The notes beneath the pieces are model-generated. The model was not told where the DNA came from. It saw only the letters and a list, made by a program, of their open reading frames with translations, and made no database searches. The position numbers were made by a program, and so were the translations under genes. Shown one piece after another: positions 16,624 to 25,850 of a stretch of DNA of 64,000 nucleotides. This stretch comes from a bacterium HR11. Its GTDB lineage: Bacteria; Acidobacteriota; HRBIN11. The DNA lies in contig BEHN01000007.1 in the NCBI GenBank assembly GCA_002898535.1, forward strand, positions 4,946-68,945, in the 5' to 3' direction. Position 1 is the stretch's first letter, and each line of letters starts with the position of its first letter.

Positions 16624-19347
16624 ATGGACCGGAAGGCCAAGTACGTCTACTTCTTCGGGGGCGGTCAGGCGGAGGGCTCGGGCCAGATGAAGGACCTCCT
16701 CGGCGGCAAGGGGGCGGGTCTGGCCGAGATGACGAGCCTGGGCCTCCCCGTCCCGCCCGGCTTCACCATCACGACGGAGGCCTGCCGCATCTTTTACGAA
16801 AACGGCGAGCAAGTCCCCGATTTCATCTGGCAGGAAGTCGAGGCCCACCTGCGCCGTCTCGAAGAGGTCAGCGGCAAGCGTTTCGGGGACCCCTCGAATC
16901 CCCTCCTCGTCTCCGTCCGGTCGGGCGCCAAGTTCTCGATGCCCGGCATGATGGACACGATCCTGAACCTGGGGATGAACGACGCCGTCGCCGAGGGCCT
17001 GGCCCGACTGACGGGCGACCGGCGCTTTGCGATGGACACCTACCGGCGGTTCCTTCAAATGTTCGGGAGCATCGCCCTGGGCATCCCGAAGGAAAGGTTC
17101 CATGAAGCCCTCGAAGACCTGAAGCGCCGCCGGGGCGTCCGCCAGGACGTCGAGCTGGCGGCCGACGACCTGGCCGAGCTCGTCGAGACCTTCAAGGCTA
17201 TCATCCAGCAGGCGACGGGGGCGCCCTTCCCGCAAGACCCTCGGGCCCAGCTTCGGGCGGCCGTCACGGCCGTCTTTCGGTCCTGGAATAATCCCCGGGC
17301 CCAGTACTACCGGAAAATCCACGGGATTCCCGACGACCTCGGGACGGCCTGTAGCGTCGTCATGATGGTGTACGGCAACATCGGGGAAGATTCGGGGACC
17401 GGCGTCGGCTTTACGCGCAATCCCTCGACGGGCGAGAAGGTCCTGTACGGAGAGTTCCTCCCCAATGCCCAGGGCGAGGACGTCGTCGCCGGGATCCGGA
17501 CGCCCCTGCCCCTGCAAGAATTGGAGCGGCGGCTTCCCGACGTGTACGCCCAGCTCCGGGACATCGCCGAAAAGCTGGAGCGCCACTACCGGGACGTCCA
17601 GGACTTCGAGTTCACCGTCGAACGGGGTCGGCTCTACATGCTTCAGACCCGGGTCGGCAAACGCACGGCCCAGGCGGCCGTCCGGATCGCCGTCGACATG
17701 GTCCGGGAGGGCCTCATCCGCCCGGAGGAGGCCGTCCTGCGGGTCGACCCGGCCCAGGTCGAACAGCTCCTGCATCCGGTCATCGACCCGGCCGTCCGGG
17801 CCCGGCACCGGCCCGTCGCCCAGGGCCTGCCGGCCTCGCCGGGGGCGGCGTCGGGCCGCGTCGTCTTCACGGCCGATGAGGCCGTCGCTCGGGCCGAAAA
17901 CGGCGAGGTCGTCCTCCTGGTCCGGGACGAGACGACGCCCGACGACATCCACGGGATGCACCGGGCCGTGGGCATCCTGACGAGCCGAGGGGGGATGACA
18001 AGCCACGCCGCCGTCGTCGCCCGCGGGATGGGCAAGCCCTGCGTCGTCGGCTGTGAGGCCCTCCAGATCGATTCCCGCCGACGGGAACTCCGGGTCGGGG
18101 ATACGGTCCTCCGGGAGGGCGACTGGCTGACCATCGACGGCTCGACGGGCGAGGTCTTCGTCGGCCAGCTCCCGACCGTCGAACCCCGCATCAGCGACGA
18201 GTTTGCGACCCTCCTCGAGTGGGCCGACCGGTTCCGTAAGCTGGGCGTCCGGGCCAACGCCGATACGCCCCGGGATGCCGAGATCGCCTACCGGTTTGGG
18301 GCGCAGGGCATCGGCCTGTGCCGGACCGAGCACATGTTCTTCGGCGAGGACCGTCTGCCCCATATGGTCCGCATGATCATGGCGGCCACGCCGGAGGAAC
18401 GTCGAGCGGCCTTGAACGAGCTCCTTCGCTTTCAGGTCGAGGACTTCGTCGGCATCTTCCGGGCCATGCAGGGCTACCCCGTCACGATCCGGCTCCTCGA
18501 CCCGCCTCTCCATGAGTTCCTGCCCAAGCGGGAGGAACTGATTCAGGAAATCGCCGAGCTGAAGTTCCGCCTGACACGGACCGACGACCTCAAGGCGATG
18601 GATGCCCTCTTGAAGGCACTTCACGAGAAAGAGCGACTCCTGGCCCGTGTGAACCAGCTCTACGAGTTCAACCCCATGTTGGGCCACCGGGGCGTGCGTC
18701 TGGTCATCACGTACCCCGAGATCGTCGAGATGCAGACGCGCGCCATCATCGAGGCGGCCATCCGGGTCAAGCGCCAGGGCCTGCGGGTGGCGCCCGAAAT
18801 CATGGTTCCCCTCGTCAGCACGGACACGGAGCTCGAGCAAGTCCGGCGGATCATCGAGACGACGGCCGAACGGGTCATGGAAGAGCAGGGCGTCCGGGTC
18901 CTCTATCAGGTCGGGACGATGATCGAGGTCCCTCGCGCCTGCCTCGTCGCCGACCGTATCGCCGCCTACGCCGAGTTCTTCTCCTTCGGGACCAACGACC
19001 TGACCCAGATGACCTTCGGCTTCTCTCGGGACGACATCAACAAGTTCCTGCCCGACTACTTGGAGAAAAAGCTCCTGCCGGCCGACCCGTTCCAGACGTT
19101 GGACACGGAGGGCGTCGGGGAGCTCATCCGGATCGCCATCCGCAAGGGACGCGCGGCCCGGGGGAACCTGAAGATCGGCATCTGCGGCGAGCACGGCGGG
19201 GACCCGGCGTCCATCACCTTCTGTCATGAGGTCGGCATGAACTACGTGAGCTGTTCGCCGTACCGGGTCCCGGTCGCCCGTCTGGCGGCGGCCCAGGCGG
19301 CCCTGCGGGCCCAGGCCGTGGCGGCCGAATACGCCGCCTCCGTGTGA
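16624..19347 (+). CDS. ppdK: pyruvate, phosphate dikinase
   Basis: 907 aa from MDRKAKYVYFFGGG... The N-terminal motifs are KDLLGGKGAGLAEM...GLPVPPGFTITTEAC. The phospho-His motif is GGMTSHAAVVARGMGKPCVVG. A PEP-utilising TIM barrel is at the C-terminus. The antisense ORF 16603..19227 is a shadow. Confidence 0.9.
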   Translation: MDRKAKYVYFFGGGQAEGSGQMKDLLGGKGAGLAEMTSLGLPVPPGFTITTEACRIFYENGEQVPDFIWQEVEAHLRRLEEVSGKRFGDPSNPLLVSVRSGAKFSMPGMMDTILNLGMNDAVAEGLARLTGDRRFAMDTYRRFLQMFGSIALGIPKERFHEALEDLKRRRGVRQDVELAADDLAELVETFKAIIQQATGAPFPQDPRAQLRAAVTAVFRSWNNPRAQYYRKIHGIPDDLGTACSVVMMVYGNIGEDSGTGVGFTRNPSTGEKVLYGEFLPNAQGEDVVAGIRTPLPLQELERRLPDVYAQLRDIAEKLERHYRDVQDFEFTVERGRLYMLQTRVGKRTAQAAVRIAVDMVREGLIRPEEAVLRVDPAQVEQLLHPVIDPAVRARHRPVAQGLPASPGAASGRVVFTADEAVARAENGEVVLLVRDETTPDDIHGMHRAVGILTSRGGMTSHAAVVARGMGKPCVVGCEALQIDSRRRELRVGDTVLREGDWLTIDGSTGEVFVGQLPTVEPRISDEFATLLEWADRFRKLGVRANADTPRDAEIAYRFGAQGIGLCRTEHMFFGEDRLPHMVRMIMAATPEERRAALNELLRFQVEDFVGIFRAMQGYPVTIRLLDPPLHEFLPKREELIQEIAELKFRLTRTDDLKAMDALLKALHEKERLLARVNQLYEFNPMLGHRGVRLVITYPEIVEMQTRAIIEAAIRVKRQGLRVAPEIMVPLVSTDTELEQVRRIIETTAERVMEEQGVRVLYQVGTMIEVPRACLVADRIAAYAEFFSFGTNDLTQMTFGFSRDDINKFLPDYLEKKLLPADPFQTLDTEGVGELIRIAIRKGRAARGNLKIGICGEHGGDPASITFCHEVGMNYVSCSPYRVPVARLAAAQAALRAQAVAAEYAASV

Positions 19348-19353
19348 AAGGTT

Positions 19354-19500
19354 AACAGAGCCGTTCGGTTCATGAGAATGGCGTCAGAACAATCTTTCCC
19401 ATCCCCCGGAAAGCACGATGTTTCAAGCATTCGGCAGATGGGCAGGTCGGCAGATGGGCAGATGGGCAGGTCGGCAGATGGGCAGGTTGAGAGACTGGTA
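19354..19500. mobile_element. MITE family A arm plus heptamer core (no right arm)
   Basis: AACAGAGCCGTTCGGTTCATGAGAATGGCGTCAGAACAATCTTTCCCATCCCCCGGAAAGCACGATGTTTCAAGCATTCGGCAGATGGGCAGGTCGGCAGATGGGCAGATGGGCAGGTCGGCAGATGGGCAGG. Confidence 0.55.
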
Positions 19501-19665
19501 CCTATCCTCGGAACACCGGCCGTCATGCCGGTGTCTTCCGTGGGGCGATGGCCCCTCACCCTGTCCCTTTCCCCGGAGGGGAGAGGGGACAGGATGGCCC
19601 ACGCCTCGCCTCCTGCCCGGAGCGAACGGCCAATGGCCAGCAAGATGCTGGCGCTCCCAGCGTAA

Positions 19666-19720
19666 GGTCTATGGTCGATGGTCCATGGTCTGTAGTCCAA
19701 GATGGACCGTTATGGATGGT
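19666..19720. repeat. family C GGTCTATGG heptamer palindrome (short)
   Basis: GGTCTATGGTCGATGGTCCATGGTCTGTAGTCC. Confidence 0.45.
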
Positions 19721-20547
19721 TGAGTCGATTCGTCCTGTGGGTGTGGCCGACACTGTTTTTGGTCGTCGCCGGCCTGTTCTATCCGGGCCTGGCCCTGGGC
19801 GGCTGGACGGCCGTCGGTATCGGCCTCCTCCTCATGGAGGGCTTCCAGTGGGCCGAGCGCCAGCCGGGGGCCTGGTCCTTTAAGTTCCTGACCGGTGCGG
19901 TGGTCCTGGCCGTCTTGAGCGCCGGCCTGGTCTGGCGGTGGCCCCGGGGACCGGTCGTCGCCATGCTGGTCCAGGCGGTCATCCTGGTCGGCATGGGAGC
20001 CGTCTTCCGGTGGCTTCAGGTCCCGACGGTCTTTCCGGCGGCGGGCCGGTGGCCGGCCGTGTTCCTGGCCCTGGGGGAATTCCTGTACTGCACGGGATGG
20101 CTCGCCCTGGCGTGGCTCTACCGGTACATGCCCGGGCGTGGGCCCGACCTGGCGTGGCGGCACTGGCTGACGTCACCCCTGCCCCTGGCGGTCTTCCTGC
20201 TGGCCCTTCAATTCATCGGCCTGCAGGCCTTTCTCCGGGCCAATCCCGAGCATCCGGCGGGGCGGGCCTGGCTGAGGTCGGTCCGCCTCGTCGTGGCCGT
20301 CGGGATGGTCGCCGGGCCCGTCGTCGGCGTCCACCTCTTCCGCCTGCCGGCCCTCTGGTACCTGGTCGGCCTGCTGTGGCTGTACACCTATCGGACGTAT
20401 GACCGGATGGGGGCCTGGCTCCGACAGTGGGAAGCCGGCGAGGCGTCTCCCTGGACGTACATCGAACTCCAGCACCGGACCCTCCGGGAGGCCCTTTACT
20501 ACGGCCTGGTCCTCCTGGGCCTCGTGGGGAACAGCTTCCTGCGATGA
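19702..20547 (+). CDS. hypothetical Trp-rich polytopic membrane protein
   Basis: 281 aa. There are at least 7 predicted hydrophobic helices (LWVWPTLFLVVAGLFYPGLALGGW..., AVVLAVLSAGLVW..., LAVFLLALQFIGL...). Amino-acid composition is coding-like. No recognised family. Confidence 0.5.
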   Translation: MDRYGWLSRFVLWVWPTLFLVVAGLFYPGLALGGWTAVGIGLLLMEGFQWAERQPGAWSFKFLTGAVVLAVLSAGLVWRWPRGPVVAMLVQAVILVGMGAVFRWLQVPTVFPAAGRWPAVFLALGEFLYCTGWLALAWLYRYMPGRGPDLAWRHWLTSPLPLAVFLLALQFIGLQAFLRANPEHPAGRAWLRSVRLVVAVGMVAGPVVGVHLFRLPALWYLVGLLWLYTYRTYDRMGAWLRQWEAGEASPWTYIELQHRTLREALYYGLVLLGLVGNSFLR

Positions 20548-21036
20548 GCCGGCCCGCGAGCATCCCATCCGGACGGAGTCCGGCCGCACCCTGCTCTATC
20601 GCCCCTGCGGAGCCCGTTGCTCTTCGATCAGCGCCATCAGGAAGGACAGGTCCAGGTGGGTCCGCAGGACCTCGGCGCGGGGGCCACGTGCCTTCCGGCT
20701 AACCGGAAGGTCTTGGATGCGGCGGTCCGAGCCTTATACGCCGGCGCTCGCCCGTGGCGAGACGAAGTGCCCCGCCCATAATGAGGGGGTGGGGATGGGG
20801 CCGGCATCGGGAGGTACCCCCCTTGATGCCGGCCCTAAGGAGCTTTGTTGGGATGTATGGCTCCCGTTCCCCGGCCTCTCTCCTCAAGGGAGAGGCGTCC
20901 GGCGGCTTTCTCCCTGGCCCGAGGGGGAGAAGACCCGGGGCCTTGAAGGGCCCCGGGTGTGAAGGTTCTGTGCCCTGAAGGGCAAAAGGTCCAAAATAAA
21001 GACCATCCCATATGGCCTATTCCATGGAGGTCCGTC

Positions 21037-21318
21037 ATGACGAAACGGATGGGAAGCCGGGTCATCGGCCTGGTCCTGGCGGGGTGGGTCCTGGGCTTGG
21101 CCGTGGCCCGGGCGGATGAGGTCGCCAAGGTCCAGTCTGCCTGTGCCGCCCAGCTCCTGGAGGAACTCCAGGGTTCGTCCTCAAAGTGTAGCCTGTTCCC
21201 GAGCCTGCTGTTGACCCAGGGGCGCTACGCCCTGGTCGATATCCATGTCCGATGCGTCGCTCCCGGTTCGAGGGGGCCCGAGGTCTCCTATCAGAGCCGT
21301 TCGGGAGGTGAGAAGTGA
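21037..21318 (+). CDS. small secreted hypothetical protein
   Basis: Start at MTKRMGSRVIGLVLAGWVLGLAVARA (signal peptide), with RBS GGAGG 7 nt upstream. The C-terminal about 10 codons read into the MITE at 21292. Confidence 0.35.
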   Translation: MTKRMGSRVIGLVLAGWVLGLAVARADEVAKVQSACAAQLLEELQGSSSKCSLFPSLLLTQGRYALVDIHVRCVAPGSRGPEVSYQSRSGGEK

Positions 21319-21376
21319 GATGGAGGTGCCCTTTCCGCTCTCCATCTCACTTCTCACCTCCCGAACGGCTTTGTTA
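21292..21376. mobile_element. short palindromic variant of MITE family A
   Basis: CAGAGCCGTTCGGGAGGTGAGAAGTGAGATGGAGGTGCCCTTTCCGCTCTCCATCTCACTTCTCACCTCCCGAACGGCTTTGTTA is a near-perfect hairpin related to the arms of copy 1. Confidence 0.55.
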
Positions 21377-21460
21377 AAATTAGATGCGGGGGTCAGGAAT
21401 CGGGCTTTTCCCAGACCCCCGACACCCAGGACCCAAGACCGAGGTTCAGCGAGGTCGGCT

Positions 21461-24436
21461 ATGGCCGACAAGCCGGTGTTTCGTCCCATCAGTGATTACA
21501 TCTGGGAGGCGGAGCCCGTCGGCGATATGCGGGTCCCGGCCCGGGTCTTTGCCTCCAAGAAGCTCTGGGACCTCATCCAGCGGGACAACAGCCTGAAGCA
21601 GTTGTGCAACGTGGCGACGCTCCCGGGGATCGTGGGCTATGCGCTGGCGATGCCGGACATCCACGAGGGCTACGGCTTTCCCATCGGGGGCGTGGCGGCC
21701 TTTCGGGTCGAAGACGGAATTATATCACCTGGAGGCGTTGGGTATGACGTGAATTGCCTGTACGGTGATGCCAAAGTATTGCACATTCACGGATACACTC
21801 GGGCCATCGCCGATATGGAGGCCGACTGGCCTCAAGGGCGGGTCCGTTGTCAGGACTTCCGGGGGGGCCATGGTACGGATACACCCGTCATCGGCTTTTT
21901 ACGCCGTCGCCCTTACGGGACCGTTTATCGGGTGACGACGGACACGGGCCATGAAACTGTCGCGACGGCCGACCATCCCTTCTGGACGCCGGCGGGGATG
22001 GTCGAGCTCCGGCGGCTCCAGGTCGGGGATCGGGTGGCCGTCTACCCCTTTGAGGGCGTGCCTTACGAGGAGCCGGCGGCTCGGGTGTTGGTGGACGAGT
22101 CCCATATCGTGGCCGTCCTGGAACGCTATGGGAAGGCCGGGCGCGGCCGGGCCGTCACCCAGGTCTTGCGCCGACTTCGGTCGCGGGGGCTTCTGCCCTT
22201 GCGGGCGAACGCGCCGCAGGTCCCTTACCTGCTGAAGCTCTTGGGGTACGTGCTGGGAGACGGCACGGTCTACTTCACAGGCGGCACGGGCAAGGGCGTC
22301 GTGTGGTTTTATGGCCGACCGGAGGACCTGGAGGCTATCCGGGCCGACGTGGCGGCCCTCGGCTTCACGCCCTCTCGGATTTACAGTCGTCCCCGTCGTC
22401 ACCGTGTCACGACGGCCTATCGGGACTATGAATTCGAGAGCCAGGAACACGCCGTAAAGGTCGTAAGCAGTAGCTTCGCCGCCTTGCTGGTCGCTCTGGG
22501 CGCCCCGGTCGGCAACAAGGCGGTACAGGACTATGGGGTCCCCGAGTGGCTCCTGGAGGCACCTCGCTGGCATCAACGCCTCTTTTTAGCCGCCCTTTTT
22601 GGGGCCGAGCTTTCAGCCCCCCGGGCTTTGGACCGACACAATCACAATTTCATGACTCCTGTACTCTCGGTGAGCAAGCGAGAATCCCACGTCGATAGTG
22701 GCCGTCGTTTCCTCGAGGATATCGGGCGCATGTTAGCCGGTTTTGGCGTTCAGGTCCTGAAGATCTCTCAGCGGCGAGAGCAGACGCATGCGGACGGGAG
22801 CCGCTCGGTCCGTCTCCGACTCGTTCTCTCCGCCCGGCTCGACAGTCTGCGCAACCTCTGGGGCCGCATTGGATTCGAGTACAATCAAAAGCGGCAGGCC
22901 CTGGCGAGCGTGGCTGTCGGGTATTTACGGTACAAAGCGCATGTCTTGCGCCTCCGGGAGGAGGCGGCTTCGGCGGCCGTCGCCCTGCGGGCCCAGGCTC
23001 TGCCGCCGACGGCCATCTTCGACCGGCTCGTCGGCTTGTATGTAAATCGGCGCTTTTTAGAGCGGTCGCTGTATGAAGGTCGCACGAGCCCTCGGGTCGG
23101 CGCCGCCTTCATGACCTTCGAGGAGTACCGCCGTTGGGCGACCGAGGGTCTGGGGACCAGCGGGATGGTCTGGAGCCGGATCATTCGTCTGGAGCCGATT
23201 CCCTTCGCCGGGGACGTTTACGACCTGACCGTCGCCCATCCAGACCATAACTTCATCGCCGACGGATTCGTCGTCTCCAACTGCGGCGTCCGGGTCGTCG
23301 TCACGAACCTGACCCGGGAGGACCTGGAGGGGAAGGTCGAGCGGCTGGCCGACGTCCTGTTCGAGACGGTCCCGACGGGCGTCGGCGCCCACGGCGCCAT
23401 TCGCAAGCTCAGTCGGGAGGAGCTCCGGCAGGTCGTCGTCCGGGGCGCCCGGTGGGCCGTCGAGGAGGGCTTCGGGACCGAGGCGGACCTGGCCCACACC
23501 GAGGAAAACGGCTGTCTCGCCGGGGCGGACCCCGACAAGATCTCCCACCGGGCCTACGAGCGTGGGGCCGACCAGCTCGGGACCCTGGGGTCGGGCAACC
23601 ACTTTGCCGAGGTCGACGTCATCGACGAGATTTACGACGAGGCGGCCGCGCAGCGGTTGGGCCTCTTTCGGGGCCAGGTCGTCTATCAGATCCACTGCGG
23701 CTCTCGGGGCTTCGGGCACCAGATTTGCGACGATTACCTGGGCGTCATGTACCGGGCCGTCCAGAAGTACGGCATTCGCCTGCCGGACCGTCAGCTCGTG
23801 TGTGCGCCCCTTTCGTCGCCCGAGGCCCAGGACTACCTGGGGGCGATGCGGGGGGCGGCCAACTTTGCGTGGTGTAACCGGCAGATCATCATGGCCCTGA
23901 TGGCGAAGGCTTTTCAAAAGGCCCTGGGCGTCTCGCCCCGGGACCTGGGCGTCCGGCTCCTGTACGACGTGTGTCATAATATCGCCAAAATCGAGGAGCA
24001 CGTCATCGACGGTCAACGCGTGAAGGTCTGCGTCCACCGGAAGGGGGCCACGCGGGCCTTCCCGCCGGGTCGGCCCGAGATACCGGCCGACTATCGGGAC
24101 ATCGGTCAGCCGGTCCTGATCCCGGGCGACATGGGCCGGTACTCGTACATCCTCTTGGGGAAGCCGAAGGCGATGGAGCTGACCTTTGGGAGCTCCTGTC
24201 ATGGGGCGGGTCGGGTCATGAGCCGGGCCCAGGCGAAGCGTCTGGCGGCGCATCGGGACATCGAGCGGGAGCTCCGGGAGATGGGGATCATCGTCCGGGG
24301 CGAGAGTCGAGCGACCATCGACGAGGAGATGTCGGAGGCTTACAAGGACGTCAGCGAGGTCGTCGAGGTCGTCCATCGGACGGGCATCAGCACGAAGTTC
24401 GTACGTCTCCGGCCCGTCTGCGTCATCAAGGGATAG
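21461..24436 (+). CDS. rtcB: RNA-splicing ligase RtcB, interrupted by an in-frame intein
   Basis: Start at MADKPVFRPISDYIW... (M73 of ORF 21245..24436). The N-extein ends ...SPGGVGYDVN and the C-extein resumes CGVRVVVTNL... Downstream RtcB motifs are LGSGNHFAEVDV, HCGSRGFGHQ and SSCHGAGR. Total length is 991 aa against about 480 aa for intein-less RtcB. Confidence 0.85.
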   Translation: MADKPVFRPISDYIWEAEPVGDMRVPARVFASKKLWDLIQRDNSLKQLCNVATLPGIVGYALAMPDIHEGYGFPIGGVAAFRVEDGIISPGGVGYDVNCLYGDAKVLHIHGYTRAIADMEADWPQGRVRCQDFRGGHGTDTPVIGFLRRRPYGTVYRVTTDTGHETVATADHPFWTPAGMVELRRLQVGDRVAVYPFEGVPYEEPAARVLVDESHIVAVLERYGKAGRGRAVTQVLRRLRSRGLLPLRANAPQVPYLLKLLGYVLGDGTVYFTGGTGKGVVWFYGRPEDLEAIRADVAALGFTPSRIYSRPRRHRVTTAYRDYEFESQEHAVKVVSSSFAALLVALGAPVGNKAVQDYGVPEWLLEAPRWHQRLFLAALFGAELSAPRALDRHNHNFMTPVLSVSKRESHVDSGRRFLEDIGRMLAGFGVQVLKISQRREQTHADGSRSVRLRLVLSARLDSLRNLWGRIGFEYNQKRQALASVAVGYLRYKAHVLRLREEAASAAVALRAQALPPTAIFDRLVGLYVNRRFLERSLYEGRTSPRVGAAFMTFEEYRRWATEGLGTSGMVWSRIIRLEPIPFAGDVYDLTVAHPDHNFIADGFVVSNCGVRVVVTNLTREDLEGKVERLADVLFETVPTGVGAHGAIRKLSREELRQVVVRGARWAVEEGFGTEADLAHTEENGCLAGADPDKISHRAYERGADQLGTLGSGNHFAEVDVIDEIYDEAAAQRLGLFRGQVVYQIHCGSRGFGHQICDDYLGVMYRAVQKYGIRLPDRQLVCAPLSSPEAQDYLGAMRGAANFAWCNRQIIMALMAKAFQKALGVSPRDLGVRLLYDVCHNIAKIEEHVIDGQRVKVCVHRKGATRAFPPGRPEIPADYRDIGQPVLIPGDMGRYSYILLGKPKAMELTFGSSCHGAGRVMSRAQAKRLAAHRDIERELREMGIIVRGESRATIDEEMSEAYKDVSEVVEVVHRTGISTKFVRLRPVCVIKG
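21755..23281 (+). other. intein (509 aa) with LAGLIDADG homing-endonuclease domain inside rtcB
   Basis: The insert begins with Cys (CLYGDAKVLHIHGYT...) and ends ...HPDHNFIADGFVVSN immediately before the Cys of CGVRVV. LAGLIDADG-like motifs are LLGYVLGDGTVYF and FLAALFGAELS. The penultimate residue is Ser rather than the usual His. Confidence 0.75.
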
Positions 24437-24486
24437 GCCCCGACGGATGGGGACAGTGAAGGGCGAACGGCGAATCACCGTTCGCT

Positions 24487-25368
24487 ATGCGGCGAGGTTT
24501 GTCCGTGGTCGCATGCAAGCAATGTCGGGACACGGGCTGGCTTCCCGTCGAGCGGGGCGGCGTCGCCGGCGTCCGGCCGTGCGCATGCCGTCAGGAGCGT
24601 CAGCTCCGGTATCGTCTTCAGCAGGCCGGGATCCCGCCCCGGTTTCTGGACGCCGAGTTCGACACGTTCCAGCCGATTCACGAATCTCAGGCGTATGCCT
24701 TAGAGTTGGCGGTCCAGTTTGCGCGGTCTTATCCTGCCGTGGAGAGCGGTCTCTTCTTTGTCGGCCCGACGGGGGTCGGCAAGACGCACCTGATGGTCGC
24801 CGTCCTCAAGGCCCTGGCCCAACGGGACGTGCCGGTCCTGTTCTGTGATTGCAACGAGCTTCTGACTCAGCTTCGGCGCTCTTACAGTCGGGAAGCGTCG
24901 GTCTCCGAGGCCGACCTCATTCAGCCCCTGTTGGAGACCGAGCTCGTCCTCCTGGACGACTTGGGGGCGCATCGGGCCAGCGAATGGGTCTTCGACGTCC
25001 TGTTTTCGATCATTAACTACCGGTACAATCATCGGAAGCCCCTCCTGGTGACCAGCAATCTCATCGTGGACCGGCCCGGGGAGGACGTCCGGAGCCTCCT
25101 GGTGAGCCACCTCTCCCAGCGGGTCTACTCTCGGCTCGCCGAGATGTGTCTGATCACCGTGATCCGGGGTCCCGACTACCGGGTCGAAATCCGTCAGCCG
25201 GCCTGGCAGCAGACCCGGGGTACGGGCGACGGCTTGGCCCAGACGGCTCCGACCGCAGACCGGGGACCGGAGACTGGGGACCGGAGACCGGCGTCGGTGA
25301 CCCGACGGCTGGTCCGGCCGCCCCGTCTGGTCGGGCCGGACCTCCCGCCGGGGCCGGACGAGACTTGA
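24487..25368 (+). CDS. DnaC/IstB-like AAA+ ATPase (helicase-loader-like) with N-terminal Cys4 zinc ribbon
   Basis: CKQCRDTGW...CAC zinc ribbon. Walker A is GPTGVGKTH and Walker B is LVLLDDLG, with sensor SNL. The ATP-binding core is typical of DnaC/DnaI/IstB. The C-terminal about 50 aa are low-complexity. Confidence 0.7.
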   Translation: MRRGLSVVACKQCRDTGWLPVERGGVAGVRPCACRQERQLRYRLQQAGIPPRFLDAEFDTFQPIHESQAYALELAVQFARSYPAVESGLFFVGPTGVGKTHLMVAVLKALAQRDVPVLFCDCNELLTQLRRSYSREASVSEADLIQPLLETELVLLDDLGAHRASEWVFDVLFSIINYRYNHRKPLLVTSNLIVDRPGEDVRSLLVSHLSQRVYSRLAEMCLITVIRGPDYRVEIRQPAWQQTRGTGDGLAQTAPTADRGPETGDRRPASVTRRLVRPPRLVGPDLPPGPDET

Positions 25369-25370
25369 GA

Positions 25371-25450
25371 AGACCACAGACCATAGACCACAGACCATAG
25401 ACCGGCTTGGGCCCAGGGGTCTATGGTCCATGGTCTGTGGTCTATGGTCG
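25371..25450. repeat. family C palindrome (GACCACAGACCATAGACC ... GGTCTATGGTCCATGGTCTGTGGTCTATGGTC)
   Basis: Inverted 7-mer arrays around the GGCTTGGGCCCAGGG centre. Confidence 0.6.
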
Positions 25451-25475
25451 GACTTATGAGACTGGTTCTCTGATA

Positions 25476-25734
25476 CCAGAGCCGTTCGGTTCGTGAGAAT
25501 GGCGTCGGCACAACCTTTCCCAACGCCCGGGAAGCACGGTTTTTCAAGCATCCGGCCGATGGGCAGGTCGGCAGATAGGCAGATAGAAGCCGGGTGGGCA
25601 AGGATCAGCCCCAGGGCTTTTGGGACCATCTGCCCATCTGCCGAACTGCCTATCTGCCAAAGCTTGAAAACCGTCCTTCCCGAAGGGTCGGTAAAGCCGA
25701 ATCCATGCGAGTTTTCACCAACCGAACGGCTCTG
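25476..25734. mobile_element. MITE family A, full copy (reverse orientation of 7312..7577)
   Basis: CCAGAGCCGTTCGGTTCGTGAGAATGGCGTCGGCACAACCTTTCCCAACGCCCGGGAAGCACGGTTTTTCAAGC ... GCTTGAAAACCGTCCTTCCCGAAGGGTCGGTAAAGCCGAATCCATGCGAGTTTTCACCAACCGAACGGCTCTGA. A short family B motif (CCGAATTCCCGAATCG, 25741-25762) and a family C arm (25813-25842) follow. Confidence 0.65.
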
Positions 25735-25850
25735 ATAACCGGACTGCCGAATTCCCGAATCGTCCAAAAGATTTGGTTGACAAAGCACAAATCCCAAAGC
25801 AAGTTTATAATTTATGGTCTGTAGTCCGTGGTCTGGGGTCTTCCAGATCC

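Noticed and set aside
16603-19227. Long antisense ORFs opposite real genes. Examples: 16603..19227 opposite ppdK; 5682..6608 opposite cusA; 23057..24478 opposite rtcB; 35295..36845 opposite yidC; 42862..43860, 45183..46145 and 46805..47962 opposite nuoL/M/N; 51197..52399, 55288..56565 and 57884..58900 opposite the che-like cluster; 61340..62923 opposite the dCMP deaminase fusion; and many more.
   Set aside because: At 66-67% GC, stop-free antisense frames are expected. Their products are Arg/Gly/Pro/Asp-rich low-complexity with no family signature, whereas the opposite strand encodes well-recognised proteins.
19559-19593. Strong hairpin CCTGTCCCTTTCCCCGGAGGGGAGAGGGGACAGG as the ppdK terminator.
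   Set aside because: It lies about 210 nt past the ppdK stop, beyond a MITE arm, and has no U-tract. It is more likely part of the repeat landscape than a dedicated terminator.
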